Under the pieces are notes generated by a model, which was not told the origin of the DNA, ran no database searches, and saw only the letters and a list, made by a program, of their open reading frames with translations. From positions 88,164,001-88,228,000 of the forward strand of contig OX597821.1 in assembly GCA_951406725.2 (NCBI GenBank): DNA of 64,000 bases. The letters run 5' to 3'. Position 1 is the stretch's first letter. Each line of letters begins with the position of its first letter. A program made the translations under genes and the position numbers. Below are positions 27,516 through 42,267 of this stretch, one piece after another. Source of the DNA: Octopus vulgaris (lineage: Eukaryota).

Positions 27516-28397
27516 CAGATAAGTATGAAATCCATGGCGTGGATTACAATGCGATGATAGAAGAAGGAAGATATAGGGAAGACGGGTAACATTATTCAAC
27601 AAATTCATTCAATACAATGTTTTCGATGATTATATCACAACTATTGAGGTATTATTCACGATAACATCCGCAGTTAGGAATCAATGTCTTTTTAACCAAA
27701 CAGAGCTAATTTATTTTCTTTCGTACACAGTAACAGGAAGGCATTATGCACGTACTTTGTATAAGTGTATTTGACAATGTGATTTCCATGTATGTGTATT
27801 TGCATACGTATTTTTTGCCCTTATTACTTTCAGTAACATTTTCTTGTTGATGTTTTATCGTTATCATCATTGCTGCCGTTGATGTTTCTGCATTCGTTTA
27901 ACTCTTGGTCAGCCTTGACCAACAAAACATATAATCAAAGAACATATTGTTTTGTTTTTAATCCCGTTTTCTACGTTTTTTTTATTTATATATTTCTTTT
28001 TTTTTTTACTGGTATTGCATATTTAGGATATAATTCATTAAATGTGATACTTTTTTTTTTTATGAAGGCAATAGTTTGAAATGATGAGGCTGACTTTTTT
28101 TCCAGATGGAATGGACACATACTAATCCATAGAGTTGGAAGTTCTGTCACTAATTCTTGTAGGTTATTCTTGCTGTTACTGACAGCAGTATATTTGTCAT
28201 TCAGTGATTTTTTATTTTGCTTCTTGAAGGACAGAAGATTGGCAGAGACATTAGTCCGTCGGACTAAATATTTTCTGTTAACCGAGGTTTTGAATTTAGT
28301 TAAAATTTCGTCGAGGTCACCTTTGCCTTTCATTGTTTCTGGGTCGATAAACCGAAGTACTGAACTATTACTAATACAAATACAAACGTCATGTGTA

Positions 28398-28553
<156 letters not shown>

Positions 28554-28789
28554 TAAGAAAATGGAGAAATACATCTAAATCAAATATCAATTACACGATA
28601 TTTTACCTTTACCCATATAATACAGTAAATGAATTGATTGCATCGCAATCATTAACATTTATGTATTAACTTTGTTGGGTACTTCACTAGCAGTATATTG
28701 GATATATGTTATCCCATGGAGGGTTGCATTTACAACCCCTATCTCAATTTGTATATATATATATATATATATGCATATACTTTCATTTT

Positions 28790-28991
28790 CTTTACTCTTT
28801 TACTTGTTTCAGTCATTTTGACTGTGGCCATGCTGGAGCACCATCTTTAGTCAAGCTTATCGACCCCAAGACTTATTCTTCGTAAGCCTAGTACTTATTC
28901 TATCTGTCTCTTTTGCCGAACCGTTACGTTACGGAGACATAAACACACCAGCATTGGTTGTCAAGCGATGTTGGGGGGATAAACAGACACA

Positions 28992-29062
<71 letters not shown>

Positions 29063-29240
29063 ATATATATATATATATATATATACGACGGGCTTCTTTC
29101 AGTTTCCGTCTAACAAATCCACTCACAAGGCTCTGGTCGGCCCGAAGCTACAGTATAGGACACTTACCCAAGTTGCAACGCAATGGGACTGAACCCGGAA
29201 ACATGTGGTTGGTAAGCAAGCTACTTACCACACAGCCGTA
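28790..29240 (-). mobile_element. Family-A tRNA-SINE, near full length
   Basis: tacttgtttcagtcatt...ccatgctggagcacc...gggactgaacccgg..catgtggttggtaagcaagctacttaccacacagcc. Confidence 0.92.
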
Positions 29241-29294
29241 TGTATATATTTGTATGTGTGTATATATATATATATATATACCCACATTATATAT

Positions 29295-29337
<43 letters not shown>

Positions 29338-29387
29338 TATATCTATATATATATACACACATTATATATTATACATATATTATATAC

Positions 29388-29445
<58 letters not shown>

Positions 29446-30619
29446 TATTACATATATATATATATATACATATATATGGATATTACATATATGTGAACGC
29501 ATAGTATATATATATATATGTGTGTGTATGCACATATCACACACACACACACACATACATATATATATACATGCATACACACTTATAAATACATATATAT
29601 ATATGCTTATATAAAAGCTCACGCGTTTGTAAGCATAAGTGCATATACATACATGCATATGTACATACATCATTCATGTTATATACATGGCATACGTATT
29701 AACTGAGGCAAATTTTGCTAATCGGAGCTTGAACATAGTCAATATAGTCGACTAAACTATTTCCTTAAGATTGCTGGAAATTCTACCTCAATCAGAAACG
29801 AAAGAGCATCGAATAAAATGCCTTGCAGTGTTTCTTCTAACTCTTTGCGCTCTGAATTCAAATTCATGCGAAACCAACTACGCCGTTTGTCCTTTAATGA
29901 TCCATAATAGTAAACGTTACTAATTTAGGTAAGGTTATTCTATGAAGTCTATCCCATTTCCTGATGACTGAATAACGGAAGGATATATAGTAAAATCTGA
30001 ACAAAGGGTCATAACTAAATATATGTTGAAGGTTTGGTCTTTTTTTTTTGTACTATTGAAAGATTATCTTAGTCGCCACGAGGAAGCTTAATGAAAAGTT
30101 GGATATTTGTCGATGTGTTCTTACCTTCCTTCACATTTTTAACGTTTGTTTTTACTGTTTGTATTGTTATATTATTGACAGCGACGTATAAGACACAAAG
30201 GATTCAATATTACTTCAGATGAAATAAAAGGAAGGAAGAGAACAAAAACATTTTGTAAAGAAACAATTAACGAGATTTGCTTCAGTTAATCAATAAAGAG
30301 GACATAAACGCACTTATGTGTGTTTATGTACTGTATGTACTGTACGACTGCATTATATATGCGTGCATGTATGTATTCTATTCAGTCGTTTCAGCAAACA
30401 GTCCTAAATCAGTCTCACTGCACATCCATCAGTAAATAGGAATAGTTGCTATCGGTTTCATGACATTTTAGCATTCAGTATGAAAACTCATTTCAATAGC
30501 AAAAATACTATTGTATATGTCAGGACAAAAATAGTATTTGCCTCTGTGCTATTGACTGGAGCAGGACATTTCTAGGTTCTATAACCTGTAGCATTAAATA
30601 ATTCTTAAATAATATTCAC

Positions 30620-30780
30620 GACAGGAGACGCGGATGCGGGCAGCAGCATCGAACTCCCTTGTTGATCAAGTCCCACGTATCAGAGGTGGATTCACAAATT
30701 AGTGTAGCTCATTCAGTGGTGGTGCCCCAGTATGGCCGCGGCCTTCGGGCTGAAACATTTTAAAGGATTTTAAGGATTTA
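30620..30780 (+). mobile_element. LINE-type 3' tail related to the family-A SINE tail
   Basis: ggtggtgccccagtatggccgcggccttcgggctgaaaca followed by repeated tttaagga tail; compare the SINE end ggcggtgctccagcatggccgcagtc..gactgaaaca. Confidence 0.5.
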
Positions 30781-30887
30781 CTACTACACAACAACAGTGA
30801 CGCACTACTAACGACTCTTCTAACACCCAGAAGAAATAATGGTAGGGAAATATTCAATATGAAATAGTAAGATAAGAAGTCAATTTA

Positions 30888-31092
30888 AGGCGGCGTGCTA
30901 GTATAATCCTGAGCTAAATGCTTAGAGGCATTTCGTCTGTCTTTTCGTTCTGAGTTCAAATTCCACCGTGGTGGACTTTGCCAATCATCCTTTCAGAGTC
31001 AATAAAAGAAGGACCAGTTGAACGCTGGGAGCCGATGTAATCGGCTTACCTCCTCACCCCAAATTGTAGCCCTTGTGCCAAAATTAAAAATC
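30888..31092 (+). mobile_element. Family-B SINE (further copies ~28205-28365+, 29775-29910+, 32670-32860-, 32882-33090-)
   Basis: ggcggcgtgcta...ctgagttcaaattccacc...catcctttcagagtcaataaaa...cttgtgccaaaa. Confidence 0.85.
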
Positions 31093-31414
31093 AATATATG
31101 AAATCATTTATTAATGATTTCCAACTCATCAAAACACCCGCTACATAGCTTAGTTAACTAGCAAATGAATGATATCTCTCCCAGCGAAATTCTCACTTTA
31201 AGATATAATATGAATATCTTTCACAAAATTGGAGCCCATTCCTCTTTCCTCATTTAGCACACTGCATCCTTAATTTCTTGAATACACTCAGACTATTTAT
31301 CGGCTTTTCCTTGTCAATTCTAAAGACTTACTTTCATGTCGTCAAAGGACGCTACGGGTTCTTTGTCTTTTGTTCTGGGCTTGCCCTTCCTTATCTGTTT
31401 TTCTTTTATTTTTC

Positions 31415-31812
31415 TATACTTTTACTTGTTTCAGTCACTCGACTACGGCTATGCTGGAGCACCTCCTTTAGTTGAACAAATCGATCCCAGGACTTATTCT
31501 TTGTAGGCCTGGTATTCTAACGGTCTCTTTTGCCGAACTGCTAGTTACAGAGATGTAAACACACCAACATCGGTTGTCAAGTGATGGTAGTGCGACATAC
31601 ACAAACACAAAAACACACACAAACATACACACAAATACACACATTTACGACGGACGTCTTTCAGTTTCCGTCTACCAAATTCACTCATAAGACTTTGGTC
31701 GGCCCGAAGCTATAGTAAAAGACACTTGCCCAAGGTACCTTGCAATGGGACTGAACCTGGAACCATGTAGTTAAGAAGCAAGCTTCTTACCACACAGCTA
31801 CGCCTGCGCCTC
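31415..31812 (-). mobile_element. Family-A tRNA-SINE, full length
   Basis: Matches other family-A copies through to the head ...ccacacagctacgcctgcgcc. Confidence 0.92.
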
Positions 31813-33121
31813 TTTGCATATAGTTTTTGCTTCTGGGTAGAAAGTGTCTCCACCCATCTGTTGTTTCTCTTCAATCTTGTAAAGATCCGCTCAGCTTCAT
31901 ACTCTGCGCTTCCTTACAAAGAAAACCCGACGATATTTATGACAATCCTTGAAGTTGCAAACTATGTTCATGGGCACTTCTCGGGTTACTTCTTCTTCTA
32001 CCACTGTCAGTCAATCTGTTTGCCCTTGTCTCTCTCTCCTTTCCCCACTCTCTCACTCGCTCTCGCTCTCTCTCCCTCACTCACACTCACTCTCTCTCTC
32101 TCACTCGCTCTCTCACTCATTCGCTCTCTCACTCATTCGCTCTCTCTCTCACTTGCTCTCTCTCTCTCTATCTCACTCACTCTTTATAGATAGATAATTA
32201 ATAAAATTTTCAGTAGTAGGAGGCTTGCTTCACAACCATATGTTTTTCTCTGTTCAGTCCAAAATAATGCAATATCATGAACACGTGACTTCCCCTATAG
32301 CCTTGAACCGACTAATGCCGCATGCGAGATTTTGATAGACGGACACTGTACAGAGACCCGACATGCTCTTTAACACCACTATCTGCTAACTACGAGCAGT
32401 CATCTTTAGTAGAGTCCACTCTATACTACATTATCGTGACAGGTCACCGATTTCAGAATAACTTAGACTCTCGCACATTGCAGTTTCCTTAGGCACTCTA
32501 AAAGGTCATTTGCAACTCCTTCACCCATCTCCTCCAACTAAAACATAACAGATTGTTGAAGTGTGCGTTATTGCGTTTGCCTTGTACAATATTTTTTTTA
32601 CCAGTATTGTTTGCATCCTGTAAAACAGCGATTCGAAAATTAAACAAATGGACGTTAGAATGAATGCTGGCTTCAAATTTGAACACACGGTTAGCAAGTT
32701 CAAGGAACAGGGAGTCGATTACATCAACCCCAATAATAAAATGGTTACTATTTTATCAACACCAAAAGGATGAAAGGCAAAGTCAACCTAAGAACGTAAA
32801 GACGGAGGAAACGCTGCTAAGCATTTTGCCCGGCGCACGAACGATTCTGCCAGTTCCCACCGTAACGTTAGAATAAATATTGGCTTCAAAATTTTGGCAC
32901 AAGGCCAGAAATTTCGGGTGAGAGGCTAAGTTGATTACATCGAACCTAGTGATCAACAGGTGCTTATTTTATCCCCCCCCCTCCCAAAGGCAAAACCGCC
33001 CTCAGTGGCATTTGAACTCTGGATATAAGCACGGATGAAGTGCCGCAGAGCATTTCGTTAAGAGTGCTAAAAATTCTGCAAGATCACCGCCATAACGTTA
33101 CAATGAATATTGAATTTAAAA

Positions 33122-33770
33122 TTAAACACTGAGGTAGATTTCTTGAAATAATTTTCTAAGCGGTGACATGGTATTTTTCAAGTCCAGTGGCTGAAGAAAG
33201 TGATGGAATAAAAGAATTAACGTAGAGACCGGTCGGGATGGTTGTTTTTCTGGTTTCCTAAAGCCTGTCATCGAACAGGCGGTACACGAAAACGTACAAG
33301 GATACTCATGGTGATAAACATACGATAAAGCCAGCAAGAAGACCAGGACCACCACCACCACCACCACCACCATCAGCAGCAGCAGCAGCAGCCGTTCAAG
33401 AATTTGAGCCTGGAGATCTCCATTTCCAGCGACGTCGAGGGCCACCTCTCAGTGGTGTCGGGCGTCAACGAAGAGCCCTCGACTACAACAAGACGACCGA
33501 AGTTTTTTTTTTTCCAAGGTCTGGGGTCTCCCACCCCTAAGCCCTAGACCATCACCCAATCAGCCTTACCCGGCTTGTTGCTTAACAACAACAACAACAA
33601 AAATCAGCAGCAGCAGCATCTCCGTCAACACGACAATGACCACGACCACCACTAACAGTTCAACAGCCGCATAACCATCATCACCTTCAACAATAAGATG
33701 AACGGAAATAATAAACAGAACTTTAACCTAATAACACAAAACAATCAGCTAGAAAAACAATGATCTGTAC
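33122..33770 (-). other. GC/CpG-enriched unique segment; candidate 5' exon of a minus-strand gene
   Basis: Acceptor ctttcag|g at 33771; CpG-rich; CAG/CAC repeats; ATG at 33423; hydrophobic ORF 33122-33445; possible donor ctt|gtacgt at 33298. Reading frame is ambiguous. Confidence 0.3.
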
Positions 33771-33850
33771 CTGAAAGCTAATTTTACGCCATACATACAT
33801 ATAAGCATACACACATATATTTATACATATATATATATATATATACATAC

Positions 33851-33967
<117 letters not shown>

Positions 33968-35054
33968 CATATGTACACGTAAGACGTATGGTACGAAAGT
34001 ATTTTTTCAGACTTAAACCAGTGTAATAAAATAATGGAATCTAAGGAAACTAGCGATGTTCTGCGTCGACAAAAATACAAATTAATTCAAACAGTGAATT
34101 AAATTTTATGCCGTCATAAAACTTATTCCATTGTTTGAATTAAATCATTGAATATTTGTGTGCAAACACAAACACAGAAACACAGGCCTATATATATATA
34201 TATATACATATATGCTGCATACAGAGATATACACACACAAACATTGAATAAAAAAAAAAAAAAACACCACCAGTGTTTCAAAACAAACAAACAAAAAAAG
34301 ATTAGAAAACAACTGAGCACAACAGTATTACTTCCACTTGCCTACTTTTCGCTCTCCTTCCATGTTGTTAAACAAGAAACAAACAAATACACAATATCCT
34401 CATTTGATAAATGGCTGCTGGGCAGAATTCTGCTTCTGATGCTTCCATTCATTGATGCAGCAGGAAAATACCCTAAAACGTATCCACATCCACTTCCACA
34501 ACGCATACACCCCCGCCACACAGAAGATTCTTTTCCCCCACTCCCCCTCACTCTCTAACACACAAACAAATTCGTATACAAACGGTGTTGTTGCACGTAA
34601 CAGGCAAAGCATGCTGGAATGCAGAAATGCAACAAGTAGACTTGCACGCAAGCAGCGTAAAGCGTTCAGCTTTATTAGAAAAAATTGCTCCGATGAAAGT
34701 GAATTGTAGCAATTGTTGCGCGTTCCGAAAATTGAAAGTGATGTGATTGTATGATTTTATTGTGCGAAATTATTTTTTTCTATGCAATGCAGTTGTTATA
34801 TGCGTGTCTGTGTGTCTGTGTGTGTGTGTGCGTGTGCATGTGTGTGTGTGTGCGTGTGTGTGTGCGTGTGTGTGTGTGTGTATACCAGCCAGTGTGTGTA
34901 ATTTCTGTGTTTGCGTGCACGGATGTGCGTGCGTTTCTGTATCTCCAAGTGTTCGTTCATTTTTTTTCTTTTCTTCGTTGTACTTTGTAAAACGTGGTAA
35001 TTTTTTTCTCTTTTTCTTCTTATACCATGCTCCTATTTTATTTATATCTTCATT

Positions 35055-35062
35055 ATCATTAT

Positions 35063-35098
<36 letters not shown>

Positions 35099-35125
35099 CA
35101 CTACCACTACTACTACTACTACTAT

Positions 35126-35172
<47 letters not shown>

Positions 35173-35288
35173 ATTATTATTATTATTTTTATTATTATTA
35201 CTACTTCTACTACTATTTATTATTATTATTATCATTATTATTATTATTATCATTATTATTATCCTTATTATTATGATCATTATTATTA

Positions 35289-35320
<32 letters not shown>

Positions 35321-35372
35321 GTTATTATTATTATTATTATTATTATCATTATTATTATTATTATTATTATTA
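35055..35372. repeat. (TAC)n/(TAT)n compound microsatellite
   Basis: Direct reading. Confidence 0.97.
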
Positions 35373-35852
35373 TCGTCATCTTCAATAGTAGTAATGGTAT
35401 TGTTAATATTTTAATTTATAAATTAGAATTTATTTTCTCTTCTTGAAAATATTTTCTTTATATTTTATTGCTATTTCCTTGCATTATATTTCTGCAAACG
35501 TAATTTTTTTTTCTGCCTCGTTCTTTGTGATAGATTATAAATGAATCCCAAGAAATCTCTGTGAGTTCAAGGATTCACATCGCTTTGTGTTTTGAATTAG
35601 TTGTTCAACAGGAAGAGCAAGCAATGAAAACTAACAGCGACTCTTCGTTTATCACGGCCTGTTACAACGGAATTCACTCTAGCAGATCCCAGCATGTAGA
35701 GCTGATGTATTACAATACAGCACACGCTTTTTTAAATGGATTGAGCGCTTCCATTCATACTGGGGCACGGTCGATTCGTATTCTACACTATTACGTGTAA
35801 ACGTGTCTATTCTGTAACTATATACACATCACAACACAGGCACACAAGCAAT

Positions 35853-35879
<27 letters not shown>

Positions 35880-35886
<7 letters not shown>

Positions 35887-36145
35887 TAATAAATAAAATA
35901 AAACATATGCATATATATAAACATATATGTACGTACCTACCTCTACATGTACATATAGACGCATATATGAGTACAGGACACCAAAAGGACGTCGAACACA
36001 ATGAGAAACGAAAACATAGACACAAGCCAAAGGAACTGGACATTTTTTTTAAAAACAGCCAAAAAATAGAGTACAGGACAATTAACACAAAGAAAAAAAC
36101 CCTTCTTCAGTCGTTAAAGCTTTCATCTACTCTACGTTTCGAAGG
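35880..36145. mobile_element. PLE-type terminal fragment, same family as 8062-8480
   Basis: gagtacaggacacc..gacgtcgaacacaatgagaaac; ends in the 3' half of an HHR (minus strand cgaaacgtagagt). Confidence 0.7.
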
Positions 36146-36610
36146 ATATATATATACATACATAGACACATATCTATCTATCTAAATATCTTCAAATCCA
36201 TATCATTTTGCAAGAACACACAAACACACATTCTCTCTCTCACTCTCTCTCTCTCTCTCTCACACACACAGGCACATGCACTCACACAAACACGTGCGCA
36301 CGCACACACACAATAACAGAATGCATTCATACCATACAACGGCATTCTCTGGATGGCATTAATCTAAAAACACTCTTATGGATAACCGAGACCCAGAAAC
36401 AGCTGTTGGTTTTGTAATACTCTCTTGCACCACTTTATTTCTCTATATCATTTGTACACTGTGTATGTTGGACGTTTTTATATTTATACATATATATTTT
36501 GTATTTTGATGTGTTTAATATACTGACTTGTCAAATTTGCTTCTCCCCAAATTTGCGTGTCTCTCTTCCCCTCCTTCCCTCTCTCTCTCTTTATATATAT
36601 ATATATATAT

Positions 36611-36722
36611 ATAGAAGTAAATATATGGCACAACGAAGTACCGATATTTACTGGAAAATATTTTCCCGAAAATATTTTCCAGTAAATATCGGTACTTCGC
36701 TGTGCAATATATTTACTTCTAT
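36611..36722. repeat. Near-perfect 112-bp palindrome adjoining (TA)n
   Basis: atagaagtaaatatat..cgaagtaccgatatttactggaaaatattttc-cc-gaaaatattttccagtaaatatcggtacttcg..atatatttacttctat; about 2 mismatches. Confidence 0.93.
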
Positions 36723-36804
36723 GTATAAGTTTCCCTCACGGGCTATTCTTTACTGGAAAGCAATACTTTCGTATTGCATTACTATATATATATATGTATG
36801 TCTC

Positions 36805-37034
36805 TTTTACTCTTTTACTTGTTTCAGTCATTTGACTGCGGCCGTGCTGGAGCACCGCCTTTAGTCGAGCAAATCGACCCCAGGACTTATTCTTTGTAAG
36901 CGTAGTACTTATTCTATCGTTCTCTGTTGCCGAACTGCTAAGTTACGGGGACGTAAACACACCAGCATCGGTTCTCAAACTATTTTGGGTTGGGGGGCAA
37001 ACTCAGATACACAAACATACACACACACACACAC

Positions 37035-37091
<57 letters not shown>

Positions 37092-37256
37092 CGATGGGTT
37101 TCTTTCAGTTTCCATCTACCAAATCCACTCACAAGGCTTCGGTCAGCCTGAGTCTATAATAGAAGACATTTGCGCAAAGTACCATGCAGTGGGACTAATT
37201 CCGGAACCATGTGGTTGGTAAGCAAACTACTTACTACACAGCCACTCCTGCGCCTA
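36805..37256 (-). mobile_element. Family-A tRNA-SINE, full length
   Basis: Complete head (ggcgcaggagtggctgtg on minus) and tail. Confidence 0.93.
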
Positions 37257-37461
37257 TATATATATTTATTAATAAAGTTGCAAAGATATCACAAAGACTG
37301 TACTCAGAGTTTCGCGTTCCCGTTCGTCAAATTGATTTGGTTATATATAAATAAATACTGAAAAAAATTTTGAGTAATTTCACAATTTGATATTAAGTCG
37401 CTTTCATTATAGCATGACATAAAACAAATATAAATGTAATGTGTGTGTATATATGTATGCG

Positions 37462-37508
<47 letters not shown>

Positions 37509-37571
37509 CACAAATCATCACGAAGCGTAAGGATGCAGAAAAGCATCAAGCTACTAGAAATAAGAGCTATA

Positions 37572-37965
37572 GGCGGCGAGCTGGCAGAAACGTTAGCGCG
37601 TTTGGCGAAATGTTTAGCTGTATTTCGTCTGAGTTCAAATTCCGCCGAGGTCGACTTTGCCTTTCATCCTTTCGGGGTCGATTAAATAAGTACCACTTAC
37701 GCACTGTAATCGACTTAATTCGTGTGTCTGTCCTTGTTTGTCCTCTCTATGTCTAGCCCCTTGTGGGTAGTAAAGAAATAGGTATTTCTTCTGCCGTTAC
37801 GTTCTGAGTTTAAATTCCGCCGAGGTCGACTTTGCCTTTCATCTTCTCGGGGTCGATAAATTAAGTAACAATTACGCACTGGTGTTGATGTAATCGACTT
37901 AATCGATTTGTCTGTCCTTGTTTGTCCCCTCTATGTTTGTCCCTTGTGGGCAAAAATGAAATAAG
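37572..37965 (+). mobile_element. Family-B SINE, internally duplicated (dimeric) form
   Basis: The aaattccgccgaggtcgactttgcctttcatc...gcccttgtggg unit occurs twice. Confidence 0.9.
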
Positions 37966-38083
37966 AAATAAGAGTTAAAGTCTTAATTAAACCACTGTGA
38001 AGCACCAAGATTTTATCCACAGATGATATTAATAGTGAAATTGTATTTCAAACCTTAGTATTTGAATGTTTTGTTTATAAATA

Positions 38084-38114
<31 letters not shown>

Positions 38115-38774
38115 GTGTGTGTGTGTGTGTGTGTGTGTGTGACTGTATGTGTGTTCGCGCTTAGATATGTACATGTAATATTGATTTAGGCACACAGTCA
38201 CATGAACGTGCGTGCACTCAGACTGTGTGCACGCATCTACATGCAGATGTAGTTAATGTTGTCACCCTTTCCTTTCCGCATGCTTTTCAAGTGCAGATGG
38301 TACACCAACCAGCAAAGAACTCTCTATCGATTCTCTTGAACTTACGCCACTAAATGTCGCAACTGCATCATCATGATTCAGACAAAATAAATTTTTAATA
38401 GACAAATGAACATTATTTTAATCACCCACCAATGAAACATGAGTATTCTGGTACTACCGGAACATCTATCCGTATTATTAGATCATAACATCCATTCATA
38501 TTACTTGTTTCCTATAGATGGAAATATTCCGATTAGGGTATATTCTTCTTGAATTGGTGTATATTACCAAGGTGCTTGAATAAGTGGTTAAGGTATTCAA
38601 CTCCAGATTGCAAAGCCAAGAGTTCGAATACCGTCGGCGCATATCTTCTAGGGTAAATTGATACATACATATGTATATGCATACATATGTATATACATAC
38701 ATATGTATATATGTTTATGTCTACATATATACACACACATACACGCACAGACACACACGCATATATATGCTCTT

Positions 38775-39029
38775 CTTCTCTTTTACTTCTTTCAGTCATT
38801 TGACTTCGGCCATGCTGGAGCACCGCTTCTTAGACGAACGGATCAAAACTCCGGGACTCATTCTTTGTAAGCCTAGTGCTTATTGTATCGGTATATTTTG
38901 CCGAATCGCTAAGTTACGGAGACGTAAACACACCAACATCAGTTGTCAAGCGATGGCGGGGGACAAACACAGGCACACAACCATATACATACATACATAC
39001 ATACATACATACATACATACATACATACA

Positions 39030-39065
<36 letters not shown>

Positions 39066-39295
39066 TAAATACACACATACATATATATTTATACATATAT
39101 ATGCATATGTGTGTGTGTGTATGAATGTGCCTGCGTGATGAAAAGCTTGCTTCCCAACCGCATGATTCTGGGTTCAGTCCCACTGCGCGGCACCTTGGGC
39201 AAGTGTCTTCTATAATAGCTCGGGCTGACCAATTCCTTGCGAGTGGATTTGGTAGACGGAAATTGAAAGAAGCCCGTCGTAAATATGTGTATATT

Positions 39296-39342
<47 letters not shown>

Positions 39343-39665
39343 GTGTGTGTATATATATATATACATATATATGTGTGTGTGTGTGTATGTGTGTGTGTGT
39401 GTTTTGTGTATGTGTGTGTGTGTTTGTGTGTGTGTATATACTTATGTGCGGGTCTTTGTGTCTGCGTTTTTCCACGAACCGTCAATTGATAACCGATGTT
39501 GGTGTGTTTACGTTCTCGCAACTTAGCAATTCGGCAAAAAGAGACCGACAGAATTAGAACTAGGCTGATAAAGTATAAGTTCTGGGTTCGATTTCTTCGG
39601 CTAAAGGACCCTTTAAGCTGGTGCTCCAGCATGGCCGCAGCCAGATGACTGAAACAAGTATTAGA
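38775..39665. mobile_element. Two family-A SINEs in opposite orientation (38775-38985 -, 39140-39665 +)
   Basis: Tail motif ttcagtcatt..ccatgctggagcacc on the left and ggtgctccagcatggcc..gactgaaacaag on the right. Confidence 0.88.
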
Positions 39666-40139
39666 ATAACAGAATAAAAGAATAATTCTGGGTAACGCTG
39701 AATCTCCCTGAGGACAACGTAAAGGATACGCGCGACTTTGGAATACTCAACCAATTGCCAGTTCCGTTGATCGGATAAACTGGAACTCTCGTCGTTGTAA
39801 CAGATGTGGTATCAAAGGTGTATACAGATATGGCCATAAGTCGCTTGATCCATTTCAAATAAGAATAAAAGATAGGTAAGGCGACTTCCTCGGCCATCCC
39901 TGTACTTATTTTAACATTATCACTGATATTCCATTTAGTCACTACATTAAGGACTAATAAAACTCAACAATTATTGTATAATATACACCTTGCTTAGAGA
40001 TTTGAACACTTTTGGCTTCGTTGGTAACAAAAATGGCAAATCTTGTTAAAATACTTACGCATACACACACACATACACAAACATACACACACGCGTACGC
40101 ACAAATACGCGTACACAACTACACAACTATATATGTATA

Positions 40140-40170
<31 letters not shown>

Positions 40171-40401
40171 GTGTATAAATATATACATGTATGAATATAT
40201 GCATATATATATATATATATATACATAATCACACACACATATATATATACATAGATGTATACATACATGTATGTATATATCTATCCATCAATATATATAT
40301 ATATATATATATAAAATCACATATATATATATATACATAGATATATACATACATGTATGTATTTATATATGTATGTATATATATGATATGTATATATATG
40401 C

Positions 40402-40443
<42 letters not shown>

Positions 40444-40526
40444 ATGTGTAAGTCCGTGTGCGTGAATGTGTGTGTTCCTTTCTGTGCTTGTGTGTGTGTT
40501 TATGCGTGTATGGCTTTGTGTGTGTG

Positions 40527-40597
<71 letters not shown>

Positions 40598-40919
40598 GTG
40601 TGTGAATGAAATGTCTGTTCGAAGCGGAAGCACCCTTTCGTCATTATTGCGTGTTTCCTGCTTCACATTTCAGTAAGTGAAAAATTCAAATTGAAAGGAC
40701 AGGTTTCTTTAATTTTGACATCATTATGCTTTGCACTGAAAATTATGTATAGCTGGCATAAGAGACGAATAAACAGGAGATCTAAAACAATTAGCGGAAG
40801 GAAGAACAGAAGAGTTGAAAATTAATTTTAAAAAACGGCGTTATGTAAATGCATATTTGTGTGGAAGCATGTATATACACAGATGAATGCATACACACAC
40901 ACACACACACACACACACA

Positions 40920-41275
40920 TTTCTTTATTGCCACAAGGGGCTAAACATACAGGGGACTAAAAAAGAAAAGACAAAAGGATTAAGTCGATTATATCGACCC
41001 CAGTGCGTAACTAATACTTCATTTATCGACTCCGAAACGATGAAAGGCACAGTCGACCTCGGCGGAATTTGAACTCAGAACGTAACGGCAGACGAAATAC
41101 CTATTTTTTTACTACCCACAAGGGGCTACACACAGATGGGACAAACACAGACAGACAAAGGGAATAAGCCGATTATATCGACCCCAGTGCATAATTGGTA
41201 CTTATTAAATCGACCCCGAAAGGATGAAAGGCAAAGTCGACCTCGGCGGAATTTGAACTCAGAACGTAACGACAG
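40920..41275 (-). mobile_element. Family-B SINE, dimeric form
   Basis: Reverse complement of the 37572-37965 type. Confidence 0.9.
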
Positions 41276-41973
41276 ACACTGATATATATATCGTTGCAAT
41301 TATGTTAAACTGTCGTGTGTCCAAATTTGGCTAAATGCGTTTTTTCTATATTTATTTTTGCTTGCAATAGCCGTTTTTTTTTTTTTGTCCACACTATTGT
41401 ATCACCAACTGCTTCAGATGCCAAGATATCAAAAAATTGTCGAAGTGTAGTTGAACGGTCTTGCTATGGAATGGTGAAACCATTTCTTCATTTTCTGAAA
41501 AAAGCAACGTTTAGGACTTTGCATAATAGTAACGATATATATCATGTATAAGATCGCTTGAACAATAACATATGCAAATTGTATATTTTAAGGGCGAACT
41601 TAGAAAAAATAAGTATAAAGTATCGTGTAACACTTTTATAAATGAGTGAAATGTTCACAACAGCTTAGAAAAAAGGTCTGTCCGAGACATATTACATTAT
41701 ATATATATATATATATATATATATTTTTTATTTGTTTCAGTCATGAGGTTGCAGGCTTAAATTGTTTCATCTAGAAAGTCGATACCGATAATTATTTTGA
41801 GTTTTATACGTACCTAATGGGAATTCTTCGAGTAACTCCTATGTTATGAGTCTCTCTCTCACTCTCTCGCTCGCTCTCTCTCACACGCACAAGGCACATA
41901 TACATACGCATAAATAAATACGTATATATATACGTATATGTATGCATATATATATATGCATGCATCCTTTATT

Positions 41974-42014
<41 letters not shown>

Positions 42015-42215
42015 TTATATATATACATATATATATATACATACATACATACACACACACATGTATATATATATATGTATGTCTACCTCCCCCCCCCATA
42101 TATATATAGTTATGTTATCTTCTGTTAAGAACGTAGTAGAGTACAGTATAAACACGTAACTTCAGATTGCAAATAAATGTCAAACCGTAATCTTCCTTTT
42201 TGAATCCAACTGATT

Positions 42216-42267
<52 letters not shown>

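Noticed and set aside
38297-38376. Plus-strand exon-like GTPTSKELSIDSLELTPLNVATASS*
   Set aside because: Short, isolated, no partner exons; compatible with chance.
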